From NCBI GenBank assembly GCA_010015585.1, contig ML975159.1: a stretch of DNA of 42,466 nt, one strand, 5' to 3'. Under the pieces are notes generated by a model, which worked only from the letters and a program-made list of their open reading frames with translations, ran no database searches and was not told the origin of the DNA. This stretch comes from Eremomyces bilateralis CBS 781.70 (lineage: Eukaryota). This document shows positions 1 to 12,726 of this stretch, piece by piece. Numbering within the stretch: position 1 is the first letter of the stretch; each line of letters starts with the position of its first letter. Both the position numbers and the translations under genes were made by a program.

Positions 1-259
1 GGTGAGTCCGGTGGATAGTAGCCAGGCGGGGGGGACGCAGGGGAGTCGGACGCAGGGGGAGGGGAGGGAGGAGCTGATGAGTCTGTTGAGTCCGTTGGAG
101 GGGACAATGGGGTTGGGGGGGCTGGGGTTGGGGACGGTGGTGGCGAGGCCGCCGCAGCGGAGGAAGTTTAGTTGGGAGGAGCCGGTAGATGGGGAGGTGG
201 GGAGGGGGAGTGGAGGTGGGGAGACGCGGACGGGAGGGGATGAGGGGGGTTGGATATGA
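1..259 (+). CDS. 3' end of a gene that starts upstream of the window (low-complexity C-terminus, unknown product)
   Basis: Frame open from the window edge to TGA at 257-259 (...RPPQRRKFSWEEPVDG...GGWI*). It has the same G-rich terminal codon usage as the 3' ends of the confident genes here and converges on the MFS gene. Confidence 0.55.
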   Translation, partial: VSPVDSSQAGGTQGSRTQGEGREELMSLLSPLEGTMGLGGLGLGTVVARPPQRRKFSWEEPVDGEVGRGSGGGETRTGGDEGGWI

Positions 260-756
260 CCCCTTTCTTGGATGTTGGGTTGATTTGCGGCGTTCTTTGG
301 GATGGATGACTGGATGACTGGATAGGGATCAAGCGGGTTTGGGTCGATACCGGTCTCTCCTTTGCTTGGACAGGGGATCTGGAAGACCGCTTTGGATTGG
401 TCTTGCCGTGTCCTTGTCCATATTATCTTGCCGATATTATCGTGCCGTGTCCTTGTTGATATATCTCGACATATATGGCTATATATAGCACGTTCTCTCA
501 TATTTACTGACGGTGTCAACATCAAAGATTTAATAATGGCATTTGGCTGGCTGTTCCTGACTGCTAAATATTAAGATGCAAAAAGTATGGTAGTTAACAT
601 TAACTTAGATGTAAGAATCATATAGTTACCAGCTTACTACCCTGTATGATCATATCAAACCAGATTGATATCTAATCTATTTCTATGGTTCTACCAATAA
701 CTATAGATAACTTTTCCAGACGATCCCAAGGTGTTTACGAACATCTACGTCGTGAA

Positions 757-2582
757 TCATGACCCTCCTGCTCCCCGACTCTCCTCCTCGACCACTCGAT
801 TCTTCTTGGGTTCCCGATAACCATTCGCCTTCGGAGGCATATATTCAACGAGAACTCTCAGCCCAATTACCATTACAAACAGGAAGGCCCAGGCAAAATA
901 CCCCCAAAGGATTTGACGCCGCACGCCGAGTGCAAAGATGCTGGAAAACGCGGCCGGGGCAACCGCCCGGATTCCCGCCACTATCATCAAGGCGAGCGCG
1001 TTCAGCGTCCCTAAACTCCGCGTGGACGGGGAGATGGAATTCAGTGCGAGCTGGACGCCGGCTAGTACATAGTTAGACACCATCCACGTAACGCAGCAAT
1101 ATCATGCATAAGAAAGGGGAATACATACTAAACGTCATACTAAACCCCGAGCCAATAATCATCACAATAAACACCACGATCCAAAATGCAGTCTCATACC
1201 CCATCCGCCGTAACACACTCGCCCCAGGAAACCCCAGATACAGAAACGGCGCCCACGACGAGGCCAGCTTCAGCACGCCGATCGTCCCCAGGCGTCTGTT
1301 CAGGGGCGGAAACACGATCAGGATCCACAGCGCCTGGCTGACGCCGCTGACGGCGAGCAGCATGGAGATCTGAACGGGGCGGAACCCGAAGCCGCCGAGG
1401 TGAGGCGGGGTGAACCAGAAGACGGGGCAGATGGCGGTGTAGGCGAGGGCGCAGAGCGAGACGAGGGAGTAGACGGAGAGGACGGGGGTCACGCCAGGGA
1501 AGCGGAGGATTTGGAGAGTGGTGAGAGTGTCGGGCTGTTGAGGTTCGTTGCTGGCTTGGGATGGCGTGGAGCCATTGGATTGCGCTGGTGCATTTGTGTT
1601 GACGGTGGGTTGGGCACTTGAGTTCGTGGACCCGTTCTCTTCAATCAGAGGCTTCTTTTGCCTCGGTGGAAGGGTTTCTTTAACGAACAGCAGCGACGTA
1701 AGCGTCGCGGATAATCCGAAAATCCCAGTGAAAATCGTCGGGAGCGCATATGGATACGTCTCGAGGAACGTTCCCCTAAACAGGCTCGGAAACTGATCCG
1801 CTGGATTTGCCAATGCCCCACCGATGAGCGGCCCCAGGAAGATGCCTAAATTCCCCGAGAACGCGAACCAACTGAACGCCCTCGCTTGGGTCTTCGGAGT
1901 GCTGTTCTCGGTGATCATCGTGCGCACCGTGACGATCGTCCCGGAGAACACTCCCGCGATGCATCGGAAGACGATCATTTGAGTCACGGATTGAGAGAAT
2001 CCGAAAAGTGAGGCTGCGAGGGACATGCCGAACGCGGCGCAGACAAGAGTCGGTTTGCGGCCCACGCGGTCGGAGAGCCAGCCCCAAAGGAGCATGAAAC
2101 TCATTTGGGTGAGGGAGAAAAGAGATTCCTATGAGGCGTTAGCCGTTTCGGCTCCGGAAGGTGAAAATCCTTGCGATTTGTGATGGACTGAGCACCGTTG
2201 TTTTAGGTACGCATTATGAATACTTCAAACTTACAATCAATCCACTCCAAAAGCCCACGTCTACTTCCCTAACCGTCCCCGTATCGAAGATCATCTGGCT
2301 CACGAACGGAAAGATGACGAAGAACGTGAGGGGGTCGATCATCCTCACATAACAGAGGACGATGATCTGCCCGTATGGCAGCGGCGTATCATCCTCATCG
2401 TCCTGACCTTGATCCACCGTACGAGCACCAGACTTTGGTTGAAGTTCGCCATGGTCTTCGAAAGCCTCTGCATTGGCTTGAGTCGTAGGTCCTTCTTCCG
2501 ATGCTGCAAGCAGAGGCGTTACCTCATCTACGGCCGACACTCGACGCCGCTTGGCCGTTGCGTTCTTCGATTGGGAGGCCAT
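757..2582 (-). CDS. MFS transporter (MFS_1, drug:H+ antiporter/ZIFL-like), ~550 aa, 3 exons
   Basis: Exons 2582-2235, 2128-1129 and 1061-757 (GTAAGT..TAG and GTATGT..TAG introns) sum to 1653 nt in frame. MFS motif A WGWLSDRVGRKP, GNLGIFLGPLIGG, many hydrophobic helices. Confidence 0.92.
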
Positions 2583-4167
2583 TATGAAACTGGTATTTCA
2601 ATTGAGAAGAAAAACCACGAATCGCTGCTACTTGGACTTCCTCTTGGGAACCAGGCTCCACTCGGAACAATTGAACGTAAAAATCAATTCATCGCCGCGG
2701 CAGGATCAATTGCAAGGATTTAACATAGGGAAAAAATCGAGATAGTCTGACTCATTTTGTGTAAACAGTCATTTACTATGTAGGAGGTCTTCTCCCTCAA
2801 AAAATACAGGCCTGCCTTTCCCGGTCATAGATTTAATAGAGAATGGGAGATTGCACAATTGCACTACGAGCGTATGCTTCCTGGGGCGTGGTGAGTGGAG
2901 GCTTCAGTCGCTGATGCAATAGCTACCACGCTAACCAACTCTGGAAACTCTGCAGCTGCAGGAAACCTCGGCCACTTCCACCAATTGTCGCGTCTGACCT
3001 TTCTAGCTCCTCCCTCTTCGATGAGTTCGACGCCGATACATATCATGGGACGGTCCGCTGCGCTGTGATACTGACTAGAATGTACGGAATACTCCATCCT
3101 ACTTCAACATCTCCTATTCTATTCATCAAACACGAACCTCCATCCATTCCAAAGGATGACAGGAGTTTCACGGGTCCCTCTGACAGATCCAACTACCGGC
3201 ATCTCGTCCGTCAACAAGGATTGGACGTGTGGCTTGACCAGGCTGTATATTCTCGTGTTGCCCGTGTCTAGCTTGGACCATCTCTCATTGGAATGAAGTT
3301 GCGTTATCGATAAGCAAATTTGAGCTTGAGCCGGTCATCCTACATTGGCAGGACTATATTCTCCTTGCTCGTCAACTAGTGTCACCAGTTTCGAAGTCAA
3401 TGTTTCGTTTTCAAGTCAATCACAGCATACATATGCTTCTTTTTCAAAGTCAAAATTCAGCTATTACGACTCCAGTCCAAGATCTGACTTGTTCGGTTAG
3501 GATGCAATATTACCCCTACTGCAGGTATATCGTCAGAAAGCAGTGCTGATTACTGGAAGACGTCTCCCAGTCTTCCGATAACTTTTTCTGTGCGGCGGCA
3601 TCGAATCTAATTCTATTCGAAAAAGAAGACCGTCTTGCTACCTAGAAATCCTCGACTTGCATTCGCGGAGACTTAGCAGATCTGAATCTTGACCCGTGAG
3701 GAGAAATGTCGACCGAGCTAATAAGGTCGGTGGGACAATCATGAGTCTTGCACTGCGATGACCGACAAGAACACATTGGCGCTGCCTGCTGTGCTCTCTA
3801 GAGAACTAATCACGCGTGCTACTATCGCTGTGTCTCAGAGTATATCCGTAGATGCAATACATATTAGCCAAACAGGAAATCATAACTATCCAAAGGACGA
3901 GTTAAGATATATGTATAACTAAACTACAGCAGTTCAACGTTACTTGTACTTTGCATCGTGTTGGCATGACCGGTGCGTGACGGCAGCATGCGGAGGGGTA
4001 AGCACCTAAAACCCCGCTGTATTTTATCTCCGGGCCAATCTCCGAGTCGTGATATAAAAACAATACCTCTCCAGCATTGTATCAATCATTTTGAATATCC
4101 AGACTTCGTCAAGATATTGTCCGGTGAAAAGAATCAACATAATCGACGCAAAAGCTAGGTTCCCACC

Positions 4168-5197
4168 ATGTCAAATCCATCCTCTCATCCCGTCTTCGCC
4201 CCCGGTTCGACCGCGCTCATCACCGGCGCCGCGTCTGGCATCGGCCTTGCCATCGCCAAGCTCTGCAAGAGCCATGGGATGAATGTCTATCTAATCGACC
4301 GGAACGCGGAGCTTCTTGTAAACGCCAAGACGGAACTGACGGGCGGGAACTTTGGGGACCGCTCGGTTATGGTAGCGACATATGATGTGTCGAAACTGAG
4401 TGACTGGGATAGCTTGAAGCGGGATGCGGCGGAGTTGTTTGGGAGTATTGAGCTTTTGGTGCTCAACGCCGGAACGGTTGCGAAGGGGGGTTGGGAGGAT
4501 AATGAGTATTTCTCCAAAGTGAGTTCTCCTAATCGTAGTTTGCCACAACATTTTCGTTCGGTTTTTTTCTTCCTTGGGCGGCAATGGCTGATTGCAGTAC
4601 CATGGTGGCGTAGATCCTGCAAACTAATCTCTTCGGCGTCATAAACGGGATCAATACCTTCCTCCCTGTCGTGAAGCAGGCGTCAGCGAAGAAGCCAACC
4701 GCCATCGTTATCACAGGAAGCAAGCAGGGCATCACCAACCCCCCGGGAAACCCAGCTTACAATGCGTCTAAAGCGGCCGTCAAGTCGCTGGCGGAGCAGC
4801 TCGGCTATGATCTACGCGACTCGAAGACAAGCGTCCACCTGCTGGTCCCTGGATGGACGTTCACAGGGCTGGTAAGTTGATTAACCGCCCTTTATCTGAA
4901 GAAGACGTGCTTTGCTAACATGAGCTTGCCTCATAGTCTGGTGGTGGTCCAGACAGTACGGTTGAAAAGCCCACAGGGGCATGGCGTCCCGATCAAGTAG
5001 CGGACTATATGTTCAAGAAAATGGCGGAGGACAAGTTCTATATCCTTTGTCCTGATGATGATGTCAATGAAGAAACGGACAAAAAGCGGATAGCGTGGAG
5101 TGCATGGGATATCATTTCCGGCCGGCCGCCACTGACGAGATGGAGACCGGAATGGAAGAAAGAGGCAGAGGAGTCGATGGCAAAGATGGATTTGTGA
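4168..5197 (+). CDS. Short-chain dehydrogenase/reductase, ~289 aa, 3 exons
   Basis: Exons 4168-4518, 4614-4871 and 4937-5197 give 870 nt in frame. Motifs TGAASGIG (Rossmann), LNAG and catalytic YNASK. TATA-like TATAAA at 4054-4059. Confidence 0.93.
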
Positions 5198-7434
5198 TTA
5201 TGGCTTGAAAACTCGTCTGGCTATGGACTCCATGTAAACAGTTGGGAAAACCACAATAGAAACGAGAGAAAGGAAAGAAGTTTTGTGTACAGAATATAGT
5301 GCTCTTACTGTTTCATTGAAACGCGGTGGCACTAAGCGCCCTTCCAGGGTGAGATGCGCCATGTTTCATGAGTATCATCCACATCAGCGCGTAGATGTGG
5401 AAAAACAATAGAAGCCAGGAACGGCGATACTATAATAGTATTTTTGATTGGTTAAACATTTTCCCTGCAGCCATAGAGCGAATGAGATGAGAGCACTATG
5501 GTATCAGTTTAAGGAAGTTTTGGATCCTGAACGTAATATCGCTCCCTTGACCATAATGCCGTAAATTTATAGGGGCGCTAGACACGTTCAAGATGTCAGC
5601 GAGGCTGAAACAGAGCGTCTTTTCTAGTCCATGATGCATGTCTTTTCTTATATATTGGGGCTCTCCTAAAATTTCCATGGACTCTAGATAAGCTCACCTC
5701 TTCTCAGAGCTATATATCTTCTAGATGGCATGTATCGAGAACACACTGCGAGGTAACCATTATGGCTCTTCCAAAGTGGATTTTGGGAGCCAGAATACAT
5801 GAACTAACCTTCGCGGTCCTATCAATAATATCAATCCTTCAGACGGTTGCGGCAATACCATTTTCACCCTCGTTCTCCATGCGGCGAGTGCATCCAAGGC
5901 TCCTCGAGGCTGGAAGGGTTGCCCAAGTAAGACAACTACATCACAAACCCGTCTTCATCATCTAATGATCCTTAGATCATGCTCTGCTCATCAATCCGAT
6001 CATCGCCGCCCTGTGTCCAGCTATCTTGTCCATTGTCAACATGCTGCAACTTCAGCGACCGGACGCGGTCGACGCTATTCCCCGGTGACACAACCCCATT
6101 CAGCTTTGGGCCGCAGCTGCCACTCAATTGCGGACTGTTCGCATTAGAGGACTGCAATAATGGAAACATATCATCTGAAAACGCTGCGTTAGGGTTCGCG
6201 GAGGTTGTGGACTTGGACTTGGGGTGGAAAGGTGGACCGCGGAGCTTTTATTGTGCACCACTGTTCGAACTTGAAGAAAGATGAAGGGGTTAAGGGTGTC
6301 TCGAAGCGGCATTTACGCTCAACTTCATCATGTAAACAGGTAGATGTACGAGTACAAAGCGCATAAATAGACTTTTGGAAGGTGGTGAATTATTATGCCA
6401 TTCTCCAGCCAATAGGCAGCTATCACCGGCTTTTCCAACCCATATCTCAGACAAATGAGATCGCCATATTGATGAATGAAGCAATGAACTCGGTATGATA
6501 TGCCTCCATACCTCAACGTGATGAATGTAGATGAGGTTGACCATGAGGTCTAATTAGCTTTCCCCCGGAGGCCGGATGTGGATGTGGCCGTCCAATCGGC
6601 TCGACGTGGGGGAGTGGAGATATTTACATCCGATCTTCGGTCTTAGTACCATAGTCGTTCTCCAACTTCAACTTCCAACAAATGTAATCGCAGCTATTCC
6701 GGACCGAGTAACAGTTTCTTGAATTTGCGACCCACAGTAATAGCTGCAACCGACTGGTTGGTTATCGCATGCGAATATCCATCAAGGAATACTCATATGT
6801 TCCTAGATGTCTGACATGCGACCTGTCTCATATTTAACTCTGTATCCGAGCTTATGCTAGGATTTTTCTTTGTTCATGACTTTCAGATTATCTATCAAAG
6901 TTGTCATCGTTCGAAATACGCCCTTCTACATCTTGGCCTAACTATGTAGGTGTTCCACCGACGGTTGCCGTGCCGTCGAGCTAGCCGCAGATCCAGCTGC
7001 GCCGAATCTTCTGTTCGATGGGTGGGATTACTGAACAGAGGGGAGACCTGTAGAGCCGATACAGAGCACCCTCGGTTGACATATCATGATTCCCGTTTTC
7101 GCCTGTTTAGTGTCTTTTCTAGTCAGTTAGCTGCTATTATTGACAGCGTTGTACTCCGTACTTCGAAACGATTGCTTGCGAGTACGGTAAATGCATAACG
7201 TTACGCCTCCTCTTTGAAAGTTCATCCGCGGTATTCAGTTCTAGTGCCCTTTTACATTACTTATCAATGGTTTCTCATCCGCTGCATTTAGAGTTGATAT
7301 AAAATATCCCTCTCCACCTTAGACACCTTATCAAACGGTTTATTTGCTTGAGAAACGAAATCAAACAATCCCTACACTCCATTGCGCATTACATATCAAG
7401 CCACAATCTATATTTCCTTGGAAAGATCATCTTA

Positions 7435-9322
7435 ATGCACGACCATCTAGCACTCGAACTCCCCTTATCGGATTCCTCATCGGAAGAAGAAGCATCTCCC
7501 CAGGAGGGTAAAGACGTCGAGGCCAATGCCTCTCGGAAGGGGCCGTCTACCCCGACGTTGGAAGCCATACGTCCAATAGGAGAAGCAGATCAAGGAGGAC
7601 ATGATCTCGAAAAGGCGGCAACAACTCGCTCAAACGGCCATGGCCAACCTGTGGCGAGGACAGTAACAGCTCTAGACTGGACAGGACCAGATGATCCCGA
7701 AAACCCTCACAACTGGAGTTTACTGCTTCGGTCATACCACGCATTTCCACCGGCATTATTTGCATTTGTGACGTAAGTGTATTCTCGACTTCCATTGGCT
7801 TTACCCCCTAACAATTCCTAGAACATTCGGCACATCCGTCTATACTCCTGCCATTGCCGAGATCATCGAGGTCTTCAACATCAGTAGGACCGTCGCAATC
7901 TTGCCTCTAACCTTCTATACCCTTGGCCTTGCCTTCGGACCGATGATCTCCGCGCCAATCTCCGAGACGTTTGGGAGGCGGATTGTATATCGTGTAACTC
8001 TTCCAGTCTCGATGCTCTTCACTCTGGGAGCCGGTTTCTCACAAACTTTCGTTGCGTTTTGTGTCTGTCGGTTCTTTGCCGGCACTGCAGGGTCTGCTGT
8101 GTTGGCTGTTGGAGCAGGTAAGAGGCCAGCACTGAGCGGGAAGATCGACAACTAATTGATATAGGGACCAATGCAGATCTATGGCCTCCGCATATCCGCG
8201 CTGTAGCTACGAGTCTCTTTATTACCTGTCCATTCCTAGGACCATCCCTCGGGTACGTTCCTTCAGTACTCTTCTCAGATATATTCCATGATGCTGACAC
8301 CATGCGTGACAGCCCGATTATCGGTGGCTTTGTGGCTCAGTACAAAGACTGGCGCTGGACGCAATGGACCACACTCTTTTTCGGAGTCGTCGCCTACACT
8401 CTCTCCATACCAATGAAGGAGACCTACAAAAAATCCATCCTCAGAACAAGGGCCAAGAAGTTGAACATTCCTGGTCCGACACGGGGGCTCCCACCGGGGC
8501 TTGAAGGTGTGAAATTCATCCTTACAACGACCGTCCTCCAGCCATTGCACATGCTGCTGATGGAACCGATCGTCTCGCTCTTATCCATCTATAATGCGTT
8601 CGCGTTCGCAGTCCTGTTCAGCTTCTTCGCGGCCTTCCCGCTCATTTTCCCCTTAGTGTACGGGTTCTCAATCTCGCAGGTCGGCCTCTCGTTCCTCGGT
8701 ATTGGCGTGGGAGTTGTGTTTGGTTGCATAACCTGCATTATATTCGACCAGACCATTTACCAGAAGTTACACGTGAAATCGGTTGCGGAAGGAAGACATA
8801 CCGTGGCTCCAGAGCATAGACTATATGCGGCCATGATAGGAAGCATTGCCATTCCGATCGGGTTGTTCTGGTTGGGTTGGACAGCTCGGCCGGAAGTCCA
8901 TTGGATAAGTCCCATCCTCGCATCCATTCCGTTTGCCTGGGGTAATGTGTCCATATTCGTAAGTCCCTGTGTTGAGATCCATTCTCTAGTATCTAATTGG
9001 TTGTAGATTACATCGGGTCTATACCTCATCGACATCTACGGTCCCCTCAATGGTGCTTCAGCCATGGCAGCGAACGGCATCCTTCGATACAGTGCTGGTT
9101 CCGTGTTCCCGTTGTTCATCGTACAAAGTCAGTCTAGTTTTGCTACCTCAAAAGTTCTTTTGACTAACCTTTGTCAAAGTGTACACGAGTCTTGGTATTG
9201 GTTGGGCCACCAGTTTGCTAGGGTTCATTTCGGTGGCGATGATGCCAATTCCTTGGATATTCTTCAAATACGGATCACGGATCCGCGTGAGATCTAAATA
9301 TGAAATTCAAAAGTTTGGATGA
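7435..9322 (+). CDS. MFS multidrug/polyamine transporter (DHA1 family), ~543 aa, 6 exons
   Basis: Exons 7435-7772, 7822-8117, 8165-8252, 8313-8958, 9007-9127 and 9180-9322 sum to 1632 nt in frame. DHA1 hallmarks DWTGPDDPENPHNW, APISETFGRR, WRWTQW, ETY, PEHRL, LGIGWATSLLG. Confidence 0.93.
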
Positions 9323-9627
9323 ACTGCTGAGAAGATCGAACATGCAGAGCTATGTTATTATACCCTTTTAGACGATAGACGAGTATACATGGAGAGAATA
9401 GAAGACATCGTTTTCGTCAATCATATCGCACAGTTTAGCAGTTCCAAGTTCGCCTCGGGTAGCGTTACCGACGTAAGAGGAACCCACCCGAAAGTCCTTT
9501 CCTTTCAATTCTCTCCCTTCTAGGATCCCTGAAAATCGTCTCAAGCGTCAAAAAATATTTCCGCCTGATCCCCTAAAGATACAACGCCGACCCCGAAGCT
9601 CCATTCCCGACATACCCCTGAACTCGA

Positions 9628-10339
9628 TCATTTCGGCCCCTCAATCCCAAGATGATCAACCCTCGCCTCCACCATCCTCTGCCCTTCCATCTCCGCTCTC
9701 TGCTTAATATTTCTTCGTCCCTCCTTCGCCTCCGCAGCAGCCGCCGCATTCATGTTGGCAAACCCAACACCCCGTGCGTGGCCGACTGAGTGATTCTCCT
9801 CTGTGCTACGGTCTGTGGTGGATCTGTCCTTATTGGGGGTGGATTTGGTTTTTTTTTTCGTTTTTGATGAGAAAGCGCCGGAAAGAGCGGCGAAGATGTT
9901 GAGGTTGACAGAAGCCTGTGAATGCTTAGTTAGTGGTTGCCTTTAATCTAGTGCTGGTCACTGTCTTTAGTGCCCTTTGACATCGAAGTGAAAGGGGTAC
10001 ATTGGGAAGTGCAGTGCGGAGAAACAAGGAGGACTTGTGATGGAAATAAGGACTGGAATTGCACTCTTCCTTCGCCGTCTGAGTACCTAGTCCTGGACTG
10101 GCCATCGGCGAGCAGCCGGTAACGCTCTGCTCCCATACTCTCGAACTACTGTAGCCCTTTTGAAAAAATTGATTCCGAAAACCCAAAACATATGAAAGGA
10201 TAGAAATGCCTACCTGCGCGTTCGCACTTGAGTAATGCTCTTCTTGTTCTATATGCTGCCCCAGCTCTTCTTGGGACCGCGCTGCAACCTGCTGGGAGGT
10301 TGCGTCTCTCTTTGTGGTTTCTTTCCCACTGGCTGTCAT
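9628..10339 (-). CDS. Small hydrophilic hypothetical protein, ~137 aa, 2 exons
   Basis: Exon 1 10339-10214 ends CAG|GTAGGC. The 298-nt intron ends ACTAAC..CACAG. Exon 2 9915-9628 joins in phase 0: ...YSSANAQ|ASVNLNIFAALSGAFSSKTKKKTK...RVDHLGIEGPK*. Exon 2 is absent from the ORF track. Confidence 0.7.
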
Positions 10340-10785
10340 TGTCAACTTCTTTTGATTTCCAGACACTGTACTTCAGTTTCGAACAAATCAGATAGGTTTA
10401 AATTCCAAATATTTCATTACGAAGATCCTTTTGGTTTAACAGGGACTGTCGGGTGGCCAACTTATGGATTTTCAGTTGCTTCAGTCCAAATGATGTCATC
10501 GCTCAGGGGACGTTCTATGCCACGTGACTTGCAGCATGCTGAGCTTTTTGACAACTTCGAATCATTTTTGGTTTTATTTCCGGTTGCTCAAAAGGCCACA
10601 ACTATTGCCGGTAACTGATATCATTTCCGGAGTAAGAAATACCATCGCGTATAGTACTACCCTCTCCGCCTCCAATCCCTTCTGGGGCTCCCTTTTCTCC
10701 CATTCCGATAGACATACTCCTCCAACCTGCAGATTGCGGTTTCGCGAATTCATTCGTTTCCTCCAAACCGCGTGCTGGAACTGCT

Positions 10786-12140
10786 TTATCCATGACGGCT
10801 GGTCCTGCCTGTATCTTTGAAGAGAAGAATTTCTGCAGGATGCACAATGATCGGTTCGGTGTCGAGACGTCCCTTTGACCCTCCACCTGTGACAATCCCG
10901 CCAATGATAACCGAGGCTTCGTCCCTGCCACCTGAGGAGTCTCCTAAGGAGGTGTTTGTGATTTCGTAGCTGCCCTTGAACTTCACGAATTTTCGGAGTT
11001 CTGTTTCGGTCTGCGTTCAGGAGTATTCGATATTTGAACGCCGGAAGAGCAACGCTAGCTAGGTGCTCTTTGACACACTTTCGTCAACGATTCTCCGTTT
11101 GCGCTCCCCATCCTCGCCAACTGCAGGAAGAAAAGGGGCCACGAAGTAGTCTAGTTTTTCACACAACCTCTCGACAATAGGGATTTCGAGCGAAGGATTT
11201 ATTTCTCTTGCTAACTTCGCGCTTTGGGCTCTCCAGGAAATTAGGTCGTCTTTGGGGACTAGTTAGGCTATCATAGTTAGCACAATTTGCGCAGGCCTGT
11301 TCTCTGACACGTATTTTCAGGGTTGGAATTCATCTTCCTCTCTATTTGGGCAAATGGGCCATCGTACCTGGCAGGGAATCCGAATTGAGGACGGTCCCTG
11401 TGGAAATATTGTGCCAGGCTTACCCCGAAATCTCCCCACGAAGAAGACTCCTTCGATGCTTCAGTGTAAAATCGACCAGTGGGATTCTGAAGAGCGGCAT
11501 CCATTGAGGTGGGCAAGCGCAAACTGATTTATTATCTATGTACCAGTAAACCAAATTCCTGATCGCTTGAAAGAGAAGGTTGTATTCTTTGAATCACGTC
11601 ATTGTCGTATATGACGTCCATTTCGTTCCGTGCGCACAAATTCAGGATGATATGGTCGAGTTCATCAATCCTCTGCTGGGATTTAAGAGCCTGGTCCTGC
11701 AATTCTTTCTTTTCTTGGCCCTTCACTTTGGCGGCGTCTTTCAGTTGAATATTGTTGAGTTCCAGCTGCGATCGTACTCCTGCCTAACCTTTGACTAGTT
11801 TGGTGGTCTTCGATGGTGCATTAGTACCTTTTCCATGGGTTCTGCTCGTTATCGAGTTTGTGTTGAGTGAGGAGGGCATTTGGAGGGTTGGTTGAGGTGC
11901 GTGCATATGGATGGTACGTCCTATGGCTTGTATCAACTGGTGGAATGCTCGACTGTATTCCCTATTTAGAGGGTTCTGGTTGTCTACGATGCCGTTGCTC
12001 GTCTCATCAATCTCCCCCTTTCCTCTTTGGTGGGTCAGTAATAATTTTAGATAGGATCGAATTGGGGACGCGGCAAGTCGTCGGGTATCTTTGGCGGCAA
12101 GCTGTTGATGCATTCAGAGGGTTTTTTGAAGTTCTACATA
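10786..12140 (-). pseudogene. Degenerate coiled-coil-containing fungal hypothetical protein gene, head-to-head with the Hsp70-like pseudogene
   Basis: Fragments join across frameshifts: KELQDQALKSQQRIDEL..DNDVIQ / EYNLLFQAIRNLV / ..QFGFP..FAQIERKM, a relic intron ending CTAACTAG, then DLISWRAQSAKLA...KST*LALLFRRSNIEYS*...IGGIVTGGG..IIVHPAEILL. In-frame TAG at 11059-11061 and TGA at 11017-11019. The 5' end is approximate. Confidence 0.7.
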
Positions 12141-12726
12141 TCGGTACGATATAACCCAAGAGCGATTTAGATGGCGTTAAGGCCTTGATGGCCAGCGCAA
12201 GTCGTGAGTGATAAAGGACGTTGTTGAAAGAACACCGAGTGAATTGTGTCAACGGAACATGATCAAATCGGAAACCACAGGTTTTCCGTTGTGTCCTTAG
12301 GTGTTCACTGCGGTCGTATTCGCCCATCCACCTATAAGTAAGAAGTACTAACTAGTAAGTTATTACTACGTGCATGTGCCTTTTCATGGCCTCATCACAT
12401 TCGATTTTCATTTGTCTCACCTTAACAACGGGCTCTTGACCTGCCCCTTTCATACAAAGATGAACACCACTTCTGATATCTGAACCTATAAGCCAATTCC
12501 AACTCTCAGAGTACTCACATCTGCTGCGTCATCACTCGTCCCTCATATCTCACACTGTTGACGTGGGCCATCCACACCAATTACATCACCTAGTAAGTGG
12601 CGTCTAATTCGAACTCCGCTAATTACCACCAGCACCCATCCACTGATCACTCATTAAGCCCCGCTCCATACTCCTCTCTTCTCAGAAACAATTCATCACT
12701 CATGCCGTTTAGATAGAGTCGTCACG

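Noticed and set aside
401..480. Imperfect direct repeats (TGCCGTGTCCTTGT x2, ATATTATC units)
   Set aside because: Simple slippage-type duplication in a 3' UTR/terminator zone; no spacer structure or element ends.
5280..6320. Possible degenerate minus-strand gene (fragments such as KWYCRNRLKD and TRKDALFQPR)
   Set aside because: I could not assemble a consistent frame or recognise a family; the zinc-finger-like resemblance is too weak.
757..9322. MFS-SDR-MFS as a secondary-metabolite cluster
   Set aside because: No backbone enzyme (PKS, NRPS, terpene synthase) or pathway transcription factor is visible in the window.
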